From an uncultured Acidobacteriota bacterium (GTDB lineage Bacteria > Acidobacteriota > Thermoanaerobaculia > Multivoradales > JAGPDF01), in contig CAWDOT010000012.1 in NCBI GenBank assembly GCA_963803995.1, forward strand, positions 140,822 through 204,821: a DNA stretch of 64,000 nt, given 5' to 3'. Both the position numbers and the translations under genes were made by a program. Shown piece after piece: positions 8,495 to 21,432 of the stretch (position 1 is the stretch's first letter; every line of letters begins with the position of its first letter). The notes beneath the pieces were generated by a model. It ran no database searches. It was not told the origin of the DNA and worked only from the letters and a program-made list of their open reading frames with translations.

Positions 8495-9432
8495 CGGAGG
8501 CCGGCTGGACCCGCAAGGACCTGCTCGGGATCGAGGAGCTGTCCGTTGCGGAGATCGAGCTGATCCTGGAAACCGCCGAGTCCTTCGCCGAGGTCGCCGA
8601 GCGCCCGGTCAAGAAGGTGCCGACGCTGCGCGGCAAGACGGTCGTCAACCTCTTCTTCGAACCTTCCACCCGCACCCGCGTTTCGTTCGAGATCGCGGCG
8701 CAGCGCCTGTCGGCCGACATCGTCAACTTCTCCGTCGACCTCTCGTCGCAGACCAAGGGCGAGACGCTGCGCGACACCGCGCGCAACATCGCCTCGATGT
8801 TCCCGGACTTCGTCGTCGTCCGCCACCGCCACGTCGGCGTGCCGGGAATGCTCGCGCGCGAGCTGACGGCGGGGGTGGTCAACGCCGGCGACGGCTCGCA
8901 TGAGCACCCGACCCAGGCGCTGCTCGACGCGCTGACCATCCGCCGCCGCAAGGGCTCGATCGCCGGCCTGACGGTGGCGATGGTCGGCGACATCGCGCAC
9001 AGCAGGGTGGTGCGCTCGAACATCCACTTGCTGACCCGCCTGGGCGCGAAGGTGCGGGTGGCGGGGCCGCGCACGATGGTGCCGCCCGAGATCGCCGCGC
9101 TCGGCTGCGAGGTCCACCACACGCTCGAGGAAGCGATCCGCGACGCCGACGTCGTGATGATGCTGCGCCTCCAGCTCGAGCGCCAGCGCCGGTTCCTGTT
9201 CCCGAGCCTGGGCGAGTACGCCCGGCTCTTCGGTCTGACCGCGCAGCGGCTCGAGGCGGCGAAGCCCGATGCGATCGTCCTCCACCCGGGCCCGATGAAC
9301 CGCGGAGTCGAGATCACCAGCGAGGTGGCCGACGGTCCGCGCTCGGTCATCCTCGAGCAGGTCGGGCAGGGCGTGGCGGTGCGCATGGCGGCGCTCTACC
9401 TGCTCGCCGGCGCCCGGGAGCGCGCGCGATGA
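8491..9432 (+). CDS. pyrB: Aspartate carbamoyltransferase catalytic subunit
   Basis: 313 aa. Carbamoyl-phosphate site [13 protein letters not shown], plus [10 protein letters not shown] and HPGPMNRG motifs. It has 4-nt overlaps with pyrR and pyrC. Confidence 0.95.
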   Translation: MTEAGWTRKDLLGIEELSVAEIELILETAESFAEVAERPVKKVPTLRGKTVVNLFFEPSTRTRVSFEIAAQRLSADIVNFSVDLSSQTKGETLRDTARNIASMFPDFVVVRHRHVGVPGMLARELTAGVVNAGDGSHEHPTQALLDALTIRRRKGSIAGLTVAMVGDIAHSRVVRSNIHLLTRLGAKVRVAGPRTMVPPEIAALGCEVHHTLEEAIRDADVVMMLRLQLERQRRFLFPSLGEYARLFGLTAQRLEAAKPDAIVLHPGPMNRGVEITSEVADGPRSVILEQVGQGVAVRMAALYLLAGARERAR

Positions 9433-10715
9433 AGCTGCTGATCCGGGGCGGGCGGGTGGTCGATCCGAGCCAGGGACTGGACGGCGAGGCCGACGTCCTG
9501 ATCGACCGGGGCGTGGTCGAGATCGTCGCGCCCGGCCTCGCGCCGGGAGCCGACACCGTGGTGCTCGAGGCCGCCGGCAAGGTGGTCGCGCCGGGCCTGA
9601 TCGACATGCACGTCCACCTGCGCGAGCCGGGGCAGGAGGTCAAGGAGACCGTCGCCACCGGCACCGCGGCGGCGGTGGCCGGCGGCTTCACCGCGGTTGC
9701 CTGCATGGCGAATACCGCGCCGGTCAACGACTCGCGGCTGGTGACGGAAGTCATTCTGCGCGCCGCCGAGCGCGCCGGGCTGGCGCGCGTCCACCCGATC
9801 GGGGCCATCAGCCAGGGTCTCGAGGGGCAGCAGCTCGCGCCCTTCGGCCAGCTCACCGCGGCCGGCTGCGTGGCTTTCTCGGACGACGGCAAGCCGGTGT
9901 CGAACACCGAGCTGATGCGGCGCGCGCTCGAGTACGCGCAGCACAGCGGCCGCCCGATCATCCAGCACGCCCAGGACATGGACCTGACCGGCGACGGCGT
10001 GATGCACGAGGGGCGCTGGTCGGCCTGCTGCGGCCTGCCCGGAATTCCGGGCCTCGCCGAGGAGGTGATGGTGGCGCGCGACCTGCTCCTGCTCGAGGAG
10101 ACCGGCGGCCGCTACCACATCGCCCACCTGTCGACCGCGCGCAGCCTGCGTCTCGTGCGCGAAGCGCGGGCGCGCGGGCTCGCGGTCACCTGCGAGGTGA
10201 CGCCGCATCACCTGGTGCTTTCGGACCGGGCCGTGATCGAGTCGGGCTTCGACTCGCGCTGGAAGATGAACCCGCCGCTGCGCGCCGAGAGCGACCTCGA
10301 AGCGCTGCTCGGCGGCCTGGCCGACGGCACGATCGACGTCATCGCCTCGGACCACGCGCCGCACACCGAGGACGACAAGCTGCTCGAGTTCGAGCTCGCA
10401 CCCTTCGGGATCGTCGGCCTCGAGACCTCGCTGGCGCTCTGCCTCGACCGCCTGGTGCGCACCGGGATGATCGGCCTGGCGCGGCTGATCGACCTCATGA
10501 GCTGCGCCCCGGCGCGCGTGCTGGGCGTCGCCGGCGGCACGCTCGCGCCCGGCGCGCCGGGCGACGTCACGGTGATCGACCTCGAGCGCGAGTTCGAGGT
10601 CGCCGCGGCTCGTTTCCGCTCGAAATCGCGCAATACGCCCTTCGAGGGATGGCGCCTGCGCGGCGCCGCGGTCGCCACGGTGGTCGGCGGGCGCGTCGTC
10701 CACCGCGTCGACTGA
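9429..10715 (+). CDS. pyrC: Dihydroorotase
   Basis: 428 aa amidohydrolase. Metal ligands [10 protein letters not shown] and SDHAPH, in operon context after pyrB. Confidence 0.9.
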   Translation: MKLLIRGGRVVDPSQGLDGEADVLIDRGVVEIVAPGLAPGADTVVLEAAGKVVAPGLIDMHVHLREPGQEVKETVATGTAAAVAGGFTAVACMANTAPVNDSRLVTEVILRAAERAGLARVHPIGAISQGLEGQQLAPFGQLTAAGCVAFSDDGKPVSNTELMRRALEYAQHSGRPIIQHAQDMDLTGDGVMHEGRWSACCGLPGIPGLAEEVMVARDLLLLEETGGRYHIAHLSTARSLRLVREARARGLAVTCEVTPHHLVLSDRAVIESGFDSRWKMNPPLRAESDLEALLGGLADGTIDVIASDHAPHTEDDKLLEFELAPFGIVGLETSLALCLDRLVRTGMIGLARLIDLMSCAPARVLGVAGGTLAPGAPGDVTVIDLEREFEVAAARFRSKSRNTPFEGWRLRGAAVATVVGGRVVHRVD

Positions 10716-10785
10716 GCCGCTGCGCGCCGGACCCGTCCGGTGCGAGAATCCCCCGGATGAGAGCCCTCCGACCGGAGCCCCGCGC

Positions 10786-11619
10786 TTGACCCTCGCGCCG
10801 ACCCCGCGCGAGCTCGCCGCCGCCGCCGAGGCGGCCGCCGACGCCGGCGCCGCCGTGCTCGAGCACTACTTCCGGAGCGGCCGGCTCGAAGTGAGCGTCA
10901 AGGGCCAGAACGACTTCGTCACCCAGGCCGACCGGGAGAGCGAGGCGGTGCTGGTGGCGGAGATCCTGCGCCGCTACCCCGATCACCGGATCCTGGCCGA
11001 GGAGGGCACGCTCCACGCGGGCGCGACTGCGGACTACGAATGGGTGATCGATCCGCTCGACGGCACCACCAACTTCCTGCACGGGCTGCCGGTGTGGGCG
11101 GTGTCGGTCGCCTGTCGGCGAGGGGGAGAGCTGCTGGCCGGCGTGGTGCTCGACCCGGCCGGCGGCAACCGGTTCGTCGCGGCGCGCGGCGGCGGGGCTT
11201 CCTGGAACGGGCGGCCGATGCAGGTGTCGAGCCGCCCCGAGCTCGACGGCGCCTTCCTGGCCACCGGCTATCCCTTCCGCGCCCACGCCGCGCTCGAGGT
11301 CTACCTCGATCTCTTCCGCGCCGTCTTCCGGCGCGCGCGTGCGATCCGGCGCTGCGGCGCGGCGGCGCTCGATCTCGCCTACACGGCGGCCGGCGTCTAC
11401 GACGGCTTCTTCGAGTTCCGCCTCTCGCCCTGGGACATCGCCGCCGGCGCGCTCCTCATCCGGGAGGCCGGCGGCGTCCTCACCGACCTCGACGGCAGGG
11501 ACGCCTTTCTCGAATCCGGCAACGTTCTGGCTGGAGCTCCCGGCGTCCACGAAGGCCTGCTCGCGGCGGCGCGCGCCAGCGCCTCCGAGGCCGAAGTCGA
11601 CCGCCTCGTCCCGCGCTGA
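10786..11619 (+). CDS. Inositol monophosphatase family protein (SuhB-like)
   Basis: 277 aa with the IMPase signatures WVIDPLDGTTNF and WDIAAGALLIREAGG. Confidence 0.85.
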   Translation: MTLAPTPRELAAAAEAAADAGAAVLEHYFRSGRLEVSVKGQNDFVTQADRESEAVLVAEILRRYPDHRILAEEGTLHAGATADYEWVIDPLDGTTNFLHGLPVWAVSVACRRGGELLAGVVLDPAGGNRFVAARGGGASWNGRPMQVSSRPELDGAFLATGYPFRAHAALEVYLDLFRAVFRRARAIRRCGAAALDLAYTAAGVYDGFFEFRLSPWDIAAGALLIREAGGVLTDLDGRDAFLESGNVLAGAPGVHEGLLAAARASASEAEVDRLVPR

Positions 11620-11655
11620 GCGGAGCCGCCCGGCGCGGCGCTTGCTAGTCTCGGG

Positions 11656-12714
11656 ATGCCGATGACGACTCCGCGCATCCGCGGTCCGCTCGAGATCCGG
11701 CTGCTCGCCGACGGCGCGCGCGGGCGGACGCGGGTGCTGCGTCTTCCGGCCGCGGCGCAACGGGTGCTGGCAGGGCTCGGCATCTTGCTCGGGCTGCTCC
11801 TCGTCGCCGGCCTGGCGACCGCCCCGTCGACCCTCTCGAGCCTCCTGCTGTCGCGCGAGTACGCCGTGCAGGCGACCCGGCGGCTGCAGCTCGGCGAGCG
11901 CATGCAGGCGCTGGTCGACCGGCTCGAGGAGCTGCGGCGGCGGGGTGCGTCGATCTCCGGGCGGCTCGAGCGGATCCTGACGATCTACGAGATCCCCGAC
12001 GCGGCGGCCGCCCGCCCCGCCACCTACCACGCCGCCGTCGCGGCGCCGGACTCGATCTTCGCCTCGACCATCACCCACGGCAACCGGCTGGAGGCTGCGC
12101 TGGCGCGCGATCTCGATCTCGCGCGGCAGCGCCTGGATGCCGTCGCCGCGTTCGAGGGGAGCCATCCCGACCTGGTCGCCACAGTGCCGGCGCGCACGCC
12201 GCTCGCCGGCTCCACCTGGGTCCTGACGAGCGGCTTCGGCCCGCGCCGGAGCCTGTTCACCCGCGAGCTCGAGCTGCACGCCGGGCTCGACCTGGCCGCG
12301 CCGATCGGCACGCCCGTCCTCGCGCCCACGGCCGGCGTGGTGACGTTCGCCGGTCCGGTCGAGGCCGACCGGCGTTCCGACTGGTGGCGGATGGGGCGCA
12401 TGGTGGTCGTCCGCCACGGCGATCGGTTCCTCACCCTCTACGGCCATTGCGAGGAGCTGCTGGTGCGCGCCGGACAGCGGGTCGCGGCGGGGGACCGGCT
12501 GGCGACGGTGGGGGAGACCGGCTGGACGCCGGCTCCTCACCTGCACTACGAAATCCGCCGCCACCGCCCTTCCGGAGAGTGGGAGGCCGTCGATCCGCTC
12601 GACTATGCGCTGGACCTGGCCCCGGACGACGAGCTGCCGACCGGGCGCCGGCGGCCGGCCGCGGATTCCGGGCTCGGGCCGGCTCCGGCCCTGTTGCCGG
12701 CCTTCCTGCGCTAG
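11656..12714 (+). CDS. M23 family metallopeptidase (LytM-like)
   Basis: 352 aa. N-terminal TM/signal (VLAGLGILLGLLLVAGLA), coiled region, C-terminal M23 motifs HAGLDLAAPIGTPVLAPTAGVV and PHLHYEIR. Confidence 0.85.
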   Translation: MPMTTPRIRGPLEIRLLADGARGRTRVLRLPAAAQRVLAGLGILLGLLLVAGLATAPSTLSSLLLSREYAVQATRRLQLGERMQALVDRLEELRRRGASISGRLERILTIYEIPDAAAARPATYHAAVAAPDSIFASTITHGNRLEAALARDLDLARQRLDAVAAFEGSHPDLVATVPARTPLAGSTWVLTSGFGPRRSLFTRELELHAGLDLAAPIGTPVLAPTAGVVTFAGPVEADRRSDWWRMGRMVVVRHGDRFLTLYGHCEELLVRAGQRVAAGDRLATVGETGWTPAPHLHYEIRRHRPSGEWEAVDPLDYALDLAPDDELPTGRRRPAADSGLGPAPALLPAFLR

Positions 12715-12757
12715 GCTGCAACCAATTGCCGGGCCGTCCGTTGAGGTAGGAACGACT

Positions 12758-13546
12758 ATGGGATTCGTGTCCGAGCGTCGAATTCACCCGCGCTATCCGC
12801 GCCGCATCGAGGTTCGCTTCTGGAGGCAGGGCGAAGCGCAGGCGCACTCCGGCTTCACCGTGAACATCTCGCGGACGGGGGTCTTCCTCGGTACGGGCTT
12901 CCTCCTCGCGCCCGGGGAGCGGGTGAGAGTCGAGATCGTCGACCCGGCCAGAGGCTTCATGGCCGAGGGGCGCGTGGTCCGTGTCCACCGCGTCGCCCAG
13001 GCTCTGCGCCATGTCGACCAGGCAGGGGTCGGAATCCGTTTCCTGCAGCCGGAGGAGCTGGTCGAGGAGCTTCTGCCGGCGGCGGCGCGCAGCGCGGCGC
13101 CGCCTCTGCGCGCCGGCACCGCGGTCTCGGTGCGTGACGCCGAGCCGCAAGACTCCGGCGAAACCGAGCCGGAACCCGACGCGGTGGCGGCGCCCGCGCC
13201 CGCGAGCTCCGCTCCCTCGACCCCGGCGAGCTCCCGGGTGGTGCCGGTCGACTTCCCGGACCGCTCGACCTTCCTGTCGGTCTATCACCGGGATCTCGCG
13301 AGCGGCGGGCTGTTCGTCTCGACGTCGTCGCCCGCCGCGCTGCAGGAGATCGTGACCATCGAGCTGCGGACTCCGCTGCCCGGCGTGGCCCCTCTTCGGT
13401 TCGAGGCGCGGGTGGTGCACCGCTTCGAACCCGAGGCGGCGGTCGGTTCCGGGCGGAACCTGCTCTCGGGCATGGGCCTCCAGTTCCTCGAGCCGGAGCG
13501 GGTCAGGGCCGCGCTGGCGCCGATTCTGGCCGAGCTGCGCAAGTAG
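12758..13546 (+). CDS. PilZ domain protein (probably two PilZ-like modules)
   Basis: ATG at 12758, in frame within ORF 12605..13546. First module has RIHPRYPRRIEV ... NISRTGVFL (RxxxR and D/NxSxxG c-di-GMP motifs). A second, degenerate module is VVPVDFPDRSTFLSVYHRDLASGGLFV. Confidence 0.75.
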   Translation: MGFVSERRIHPRYPRRIEVRFWRQGEAQAHSGFTVNISRTGVFLGTGFLLAPGERVRVEIVDPARGFMAEGRVVRVHRVAQALRHVDQAGVGIRFLQPEELVEELLPAAARSAAPPLRAGTAVSVRDAEPQDSGETEPEPDAVAAPAPASSAPSTPASSRVVPVDFPDRSTFLSVYHRDLASGGLFVSTSSPAALQEIVTIELRTPLPGVAPLRFEARVVHRFEPEAAVGSGRNLLSGMGLQFLEPERVRAALAPILAELRK

Positions 13547-13645
13547 CCCACCCCGGGGCGGGAAGAAGCCGCGCCCTGGCTTCGTTAGAATGAGCACGAT
13601 CCGCCAGGCACCGCCGTGCCTGCGCCCCCGCTCTAGGAGAGCTCG

Positions 13646-14080
13646 ATGCCCTACAGTCCCCTGCTGGTCAAGCCGATGCGCGAGGAGCTGGTCGCGGCCG
13701 GCTTCGAGGAACTGACGACGCCCGCCGACGTGGACCGTTTTCTGGACGACGGCGGCGGCACCGCGCTGATGGTGGTCAACTCGGTCTGCGGCTGCGCCGC
13801 CGGCATGGCGCGCCCCGGAGTCCGGCTGGCGCTGCAGAGCGGGCCGCGCCCCGACCGGCTCGGCACCGTCTTCGCCGGCCAGGATCTCGAGGCGACCGCG
13901 CGCGCCCGCGCCCGGTTCGGCGACATCCCGCCCTCCTCGCCCTCGATGGCGCTGTTCAAGGGGAGCGAGCTGGTCTGGTTCCTGCCGCGCCACCGGATCG
14001 AGGGGCGCGACGCCCTCGACGTCGCCGCCGACCTGCGCGCGGCCTTCGCCGAGCACTGCGCGACCGCGGCGGTCGGCTGA
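13646..14080 (+). CDS. Bacilliredoxin (BrxA/BrxB, YphP/YqiW family, DUF1094)
   Basis: 144 aa, collinear with my recollection of B. subtilis YphP. Shared blocks are REELVAAGFEELTT, VVNSVCGCAAG (CGC redox motif), VFAGQD, PSSPSMALFKG and FLPRHRIEG, with C-terminal AFAEHC. Confidence 0.85.
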   Translation: MPYSPLLVKPMREELVAAGFEELTTPADVDRFLDDGGGTALMVVNSVCGCAAGMARPGVRLALQSGPRPDRLGTVFAGQDLEATARARARFGDIPPSSPSMALFKGSELVWFLPRHRIEGRDALDVAADLRAAFAEHCATAAVG

Positions 14081-14091
14081 CCGTCGCGCCG

Positions 14092-14364
14092 ATGGGCACC
14101 TTCCACCAGGACACCCACGAGCTGCACGGGATCACCGTGGTCGTCGAGACCACCGGGCCCGAGCTCTGGATCGGACGTTGCCACTCCTGGGACGGGCGGT
14201 CGCTCGTGCTGCACGACGCCGACGTCCACCGGGAAGCGGAGAACGACAAACCGCGCGCCGAGTGGCTCGAACGCGCCGGCAGGCTCGGCGTCTGGCCCCG
14301 CCACCGCCGGGTCGCGCTCCCCGCGGACGCGGTCGCGTCCGTCCGCCGCCTCGGGGGCGCCTGA
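14092..14364 (+). CDS. Hypothetical small protein
   Basis: 90-aa ORF in the tight brx-DUF423 gene string, with non-degenerate composition (MGTFHQDTHELHGITVVVETTGPELWIGRCHSWDGRSLVLHDADVH). No recognisable motif. Confidence 0.45.
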   Translation: MGTFHQDTHELHGITVVVETTGPELWIGRCHSWDGRSLVLHDADVHREAENDKPRAEWLERAGRLGVWPRHRRVALPADAVASVRRLGGA

Positions 14365-14366
14365 CC

Positions 14367-14732
14367 GTGCGCGGACTCCTCGCCGCGGGGGCGCTCGAGT
14401 GCGCGCTCGCCGTGGCTTTGGGGGCGTTCGGAGCCCACGCCCTGGCCGGGAAGGTCGATGCGCGCGCGCTCGAGCTCTGGGAGACGGCCGCCCGTTACCT
14501 CGCTTACGCCGGGCTGGGGGCGCTGGCGGCCGCGGCCGCCGGTCGCGGCGCGGGGATTCCCGCCGGGGCCGTCGCGCTGCTGCTCGCCGGCGGCGCGCTG
14601 TTCGCCGGCACCGTCGCGGCCCTGGCGCTGGGCGCCCCGCGCTGGCTGGGCGCCGTGACGCCGCTCGGCGGACTCGCCATGATTCTCGGATTCGTCTGGA
14701 TCGCCGGCTCGGCCTGGCGCTCCGGCGTGTGA
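14367..14732 (+). CDS. DUF423 (YgdD-like) small membrane protein
   Basis: GTG at 14367, in frame within ORF 14178..14732. Four hydrophobic helices and the family motif GAFGAHAL. The upstream part of the ORF overlaps the previous gene and is Arg-rich noise. Confidence 0.75.
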   Translation: MRGLLAAGALECALAVALGAFGAHALAGKVDARALELWETAARYLAYAGLGALAAAAAGRGAGIPAGAVALLLAGGALFAGTVAALALGAPRWLGAVTPLGGLAMILGFVWIAGSAWRSGV

Positions 14733-14754
14733 AGCAACTCGGAGAGGAGACTCG

Positions 14755-17228
<2,474 letters not shown>

Positions 17229-17330
17229 GCGCGGGCGCACGCGAGGTGCGCCTCCCGCCGACTCCGCCCCGCGGTGCGCCGTGCGCGCCGCGGCCGAATC
17301 CAGTTGCGTTCGATCGAGGAGCTTCGTTCG

Positions 17331-19510
17331 ATGATCCGTTTCCTTCGCAGGGTTCTGCTCTGCGCTCTCTTTGCTGGTACCAGCCCGCTGTTCGCGGCCT
17401 GGGAGGCGAGGCTGGCCACCTCCGACGGCGCCCCGGCCGCGGGCTACTCGGTGGCCGTGGTCGGCCGCCCGCTCGCCGCCCTGTGCGACGCCGAAGGGCG
17501 CTTCCGCCTCGAACCGCCGCCGACGCCGCCGTTCGCGATCGTCGCCACCTCTCCGGAAGGGGTGATCGCGGCGCCGCTCGAGGTGATCGACCTCGGCGCG
17601 ACCGAGCTCCGGTTGCTCGAAGTGGTCCGCGAGGCGGTGACGGTCGTCTCGGGCGTCGCCCCCTCGCTCGAGCTGCTGCCGGGCAGCGCCGCCACCGTGC
17701 TCACCCGCGAGGAGCTCGAGCAGCGGGCGCCGCAACGGCTCTACCAGGCGCTCGAGTCGGTCGCGGGCGCGTCGAAGCTCGGCGACGGCGCCGACTCGGT
17801 GCCGGCGCTGCGCAACCTCGGCCGCGGCCGTACGCTGATCCTGATCGACGGCGCGCGGGTGACCGCCGAACGGCGCGCGGGGCCTTCGGCCACCTTCGTC
17901 GATCCGGCGAGCCTCGCCTCGGTCGAGGTCCTGCGCGGCCCGGGCTCGGTGGTCTATGGTTCGGACGCCTTCGGCGGCGTGCTGAACGCCGTCACCCGCG
18001 ATCCCGACGCCGAGCCCTTCGCCTTGCGGTACGGCGCGGAGGGAGCAGGCGGGGCGCTCGACGAGCGCTCGGCCTTCGCCGCGGCATCGTTCGGACTGGG
18101 ATCGGCCGGACTGCTGGTCGAGGGCCACTACCGCGAGGCCGACGACGCCGAAGCCGGCGGCGGAGAGGAGATCTACAACTCCTCCTACCAGGGGAGCGGC
18201 GGCGCGCTCCGCTTCGTCGCGCCGGTGGGGTCGGGCCGCCTCCGGCTCAATCTCGCGATCGAGCGAGTGGACGACCTCGGCAAGGCGTCGATCGATTCCC
18301 GGCAGATCCGCAGCTACTACCCGCTGGAAGACTCCGACCGACTGACTGCCTCCTGGATCGGCGATCCGGCGGGTGCCTGGAACTCGATCGAGACGGCGCT
18401 CTTCTACGGGCGCTATCACATCGTGCTCGACCGCGACCGGGCGCCCACCGACACCGCGAACCGCCGCGTCGACCGCTCCGACACCGACGCCGACGACGCG
18501 TCGCTGCGCTTCGTCGCGTCGCGCGCGGCGGGGGGTGGCAACCTGCAGCTCGGCGTCGACGTCGCGTCGCGTTTCGACCTCCGGGCGATCACCGAGCAGG
18601 TGCGCTACGCCGACGACCAGACGACGATCGTCCGCGTCGACCGCACCGTCTCGATCGAGGAGGCCGAGCAGGTCGACAGCGGGGCGTTCGCGACGTGGAA
18701 TCGGGCGCTCGCCGAGCGCTGGAGCCTGGGCGTCGGCGTGCGCGGGGATCTCGTCGACACGGAGAACCGCGGCGGGTACTACGGCGACCAGTCGATCGAG
18801 CATTCGGCGCTCTCCGGCAACCTGTCGCTCTCCGCCGGCCCCTTCGCGGGCTGGACGACCACGGCGCAGGTGGCGCGCGGCTTCCGCTCGCCGACGCTCT
18901 CCGACCGCTTCTTCCGCGGGCCGTCCGGACGCGGCTTCGTCACCGGCAACCCGGAGCTCGATCCCGAGACCAGCCTGCAGTACGACCTCGCCACGCGCTG
19001 GAGCCGGGGCGGACGGCGCTCGGGTTCTTCGTCTACCGTTACGAGATCGAGGATCTGATCGAGCGCTACGGCTCCGGCTCGGACTTCTTCTTCCGCAACC
19101 GGGGGCAGGCGACGATCGAGGGGATCGAAGCCGAGCTGCAGACCGGCTTCGGCCACGGCTGGAGCCTCGAAGCGGGCGCCGCGGTCTCGGACGGCGAGAC
19201 CGACGGCGGCGCGACGATCGACGACATCGCCGCCCCGAACGGCTGGGTGACCCTGCGCCACTCGTTCGGCAGGTTCTTCGCCTTCGGCCGGGTCTTCACC
19301 GCGCTCGAGCACGACGAGCCGGGGCCGACCAGCTCGCCCGCCGGGCTACACGCTCTTCGACCTGGGCGGCGGTTACCGCTTCTCGGAGGCTCTGGAGCTT
19401 CGCCTGCTCGTGCGCAACGTGGGCGATCACCGCTACTACGCCTCGCCCGACAACGCCGCCGACCGCGCCGTGGGCCGCAGCTTCGGCCTGTCGATCTCGG
19501 GCCGGATCTG
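17331..19510 (+). pseudogene. TonB-dependent receptor, two frameshifts
   Basis: ATG 17331 (MIRFLRRVLLCALFAG). Carboxypeptidase-regulatory-like N-domain, then plug (LYQALESVAGAS, RTLILIDGARV, VEVLRGPGSVVYGSDAFGGVLN), then barrel. Frame changes at about 19015 (LATRWSRG/ALGFFVYRYEIEDLIE) and 19335 (EHDEPGPT/PGYTLFDLGGGYRFSEALELRLLVRNVGDHRYY...GLSISGRI-stop 19508-19510). Confidence 0.85.
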
Positions 19511-19515
19511 ACGGC

Positions 19516-19935
19516 GGAGGGTCGAAGGGACGGAGAGAGAGAAGAAGGAAGACCAAAGAAGGAAAAGACCAAAGAAGGAAAAGACCAAAGAAGGAAAAGA
19601 CCAGAGAAGGAAAAGACCAGAGAAGGAAAAGACCAGAGAAGGAAAACGGTCTCCTTCGTGGTTGTCTCGTCGTGCGGCCGACGGCACCTCGGACCGTGGA
19701 AATGCGATGAGGGCGCGCCCGTTGCCGGAGCTGCGGCGCTCGAGGAGCAGGGGTTGCGGGCGATGCGGTGGCCCCGGAAGTCAGCGACCCGCGTCTGGGG
19801 CGGAGCCATCGACGCCCCGACCCGGCCGACGCCAGGCCCGCCTCCTCCCTTCTATGGGCTTTTTCTTCTTGGCTTCTGCTCTCTTCTGTTCTGCTTCTGC
19901 TTCTCTCTGCTCTTTGTCTCGTCGTTCTCTCGAAT
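19516..19935. repeat. Long-hairpin repeat element, copy A (purine-rich left arm, pyrimidine-rich right arm)
   Basis: Non-coding gap between convergent genes. The left arm is GA-only. The right end CCCTTCTATGGGCTTTTT (19847-19864) plus a CT-only tail matches the right ends of copies B, C and D. The interior CATCGACGCCCC...AGGCCCGCCTCC is similar to copy B2 (CATCGACCCGCC...AGGCCCGCCTCGG). Confidence 0.7.
19544..19649. repeat. Tandem repeat, 16-bp unit GAAGGAAAAGACCARA x ~6.5
   Basis: Units counted by hand at 19544, 19558, 19574, 19590, 19606 and 19622, with a partial unit at 19638. The unit resembles the family left end GAAAAGCTCCAGAGAAGG. Confidence 0.9.
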
Positions 19936-19944
19936 CGCTGCGAA

Positions 19945-21327
19945 TCACCCCTGGACTTGTTGCCGTCGCCAGTAGAAGTAGGCGGGCAGGCCGAGGGCGA
20001 GCAGCAGCAGTCCGGCGAGGGACTCGACCGGGCGTTCCCAGACGGTGTTGATTACGAGCAGCAGCGACGCGCCGATGAAGGCGAGCGGGACCCACGGGTG
20101 GCCCCAGACCCGGTAGGGGCGCGGGCGGTCCGGATACTTGCGGCGCAGCACGAAGACCGCGGCGCCGGTGCCGACGTGGAAGACGACCGCTGCGAAGACC
20201 GTGTAGGTGTAGAGCTGGGCGTAGGTCCCGCTCAGGGTGAGCAGCACCGACCAGAGCGACTGCGCCCAGAGGGAGCGGGTCGGCACGCGGGTCTTCGGGT
20301 CGATGCGCGCCAGCGACCGGAAGAAGAGGCCGTCCTGGGCCATCGGCGGATAGACGCGCGAGCTGTAGAGGATCGTCGCGGCGAGGCAGCCGAAGGTCGA
20401 GACCAGCACGGCGGCCGCCAGCAGCTGCGCGCCGCGTGGGCCGAACAGCGCCGCGGCGGCGGCTTCGGCGACGCGCGGCGACGCGGCGATCGCGTCGATC
20501 GGCAGCGCGCGCAGGTAAACCAGGTTGAGCAGGACGTAGAGCAGGGTGACCAGCGCCGTGCCGCCGATCAGCCCGAGCGGCAGATCGCGCTCGGGACGCT
20601 TCATCTCGCCGGCGGAGAAGGTGAGCCCGTACCAGCCGTCGTAGGTCCAGAGCGCGGCGATCATGGCGACGCCGAACGCGGCGGCGAGGCCGGTCGCCGG
20701 CAGCGGCGCGAGCCAGGGCGAAGAGGCCTTGATCGGCAGCAGGAAGCCGAAGAGGACGAAGGCGAGGACGGCGCCGACCTTGAGCCAGGTGAGCGCGTTC
20801 TGGGCCGTGGCTCCCGCCCGCAGCCCCAGATGGTTGACGAAGGTCAGGACGAGGATGGCGACCGCCGCGGTGAGCTGGCCGGCGGTGAGCTTCCAGGCGA
20901 ACCCGAAGACGTCCCGCTCCGCCAGCAGGTTGCCGGTGCCCAGGCCCGGGAAGAACGCGCCGAGGTATTCGCCGAAGCCGACCGCGACCGCCGCGATCCC
21001 CCCCGACATGATGACCAGGAAGCAGGCCCAGCCGTAGAGGAACCCGGTGAGCGGACCGTAGGCCTCGCGCAGGTAGACGTAGATCCCGCCGGCGCCGGGA
21101 TACATCGCCCCGAGCTCGGCGTAGGTGAGCGCCCCGGCGATCGAGAGCAGGCCGCCCACCAGCCAGACCAGCAGCAGCAGCCCTGCGTGCGGTGCCGCCT
21201 TCGCGATGTCGCTCGACACCAGGAAGATTCCGGTGCCGATCACCGCCCCGACGGTGATAAGCGTGCCGTCCCAGGCGGAGAGCTCCCGCGCCAGCTCGGG
21301 CGCGGAATCCGGCTTCGTCGCGGGCAT
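19945..21327 (-). CDS. APC-family amino acid permease
   Basis: 460 aa with ~12 TM helices. N-terminal APC signature region LITVGAVIGTGIFLVSS ... GALTYAELGAMYPGAGGIYVYLREAYG. Confidence 0.85.
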   Translation of the reverse strand: MPATKPDSAPELARELSAWDGTLITVGAVIGTGIFLVSSDIAKAAPHAGLLLLVWLVGGLLSIAGALTYAELGAMYPGAGGIYVYLREAYGPLTGFLYGWACFLVIMSGGIAAVAVGFGEYLGAFFPGLGTGNLLAERDVFGFAWKLTAGQLTAAVAILVLTFVNHLGLRAGATAQNALTWLKVGAVLAFVLFGFLLPIKASSPWLAPLPATGLAAAFGVAMIAALWTYDGWYGLTFSAGEMKRPERDLPLGLIGGTALVTLLYVLLNLVYLRALPIDAIAASPRVAEAAAAALFGPRGAQLLAAAVLVSTFGCLAATILYSSRVYPPMAQDGLFFRSLARIDPKTRVPTRSLWAQSLWSVLLTLSGTYAQLYTYTVFAAVVFHVGTGAAVFVLRRKYPDRPRPYRVWGHPWVPLAFIGASLLLVINTVWERPVESLAGLLLLALGLPAYFYWRRQQVQG

Positions 21328-21432
21328 GTGGCGGGGATCCTACCCCGCGCCGAGAGGACCGGTGGGCGGCGAGGCCCGGAGCCTGTCATGCGGTCGCGTG
21401 GTTCCCCGTTCTCCCCTTCGAGGGGGAATCCG

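Noticed and set aside
19544-19649. Possible CRISPR array (regular short repeats).
   Set aside because: The units are contiguous 16-mers with no spacers, far shorter than CRISPR repeats, and no cas genes are in the window. It is a microsatellite-like tandem repeat.
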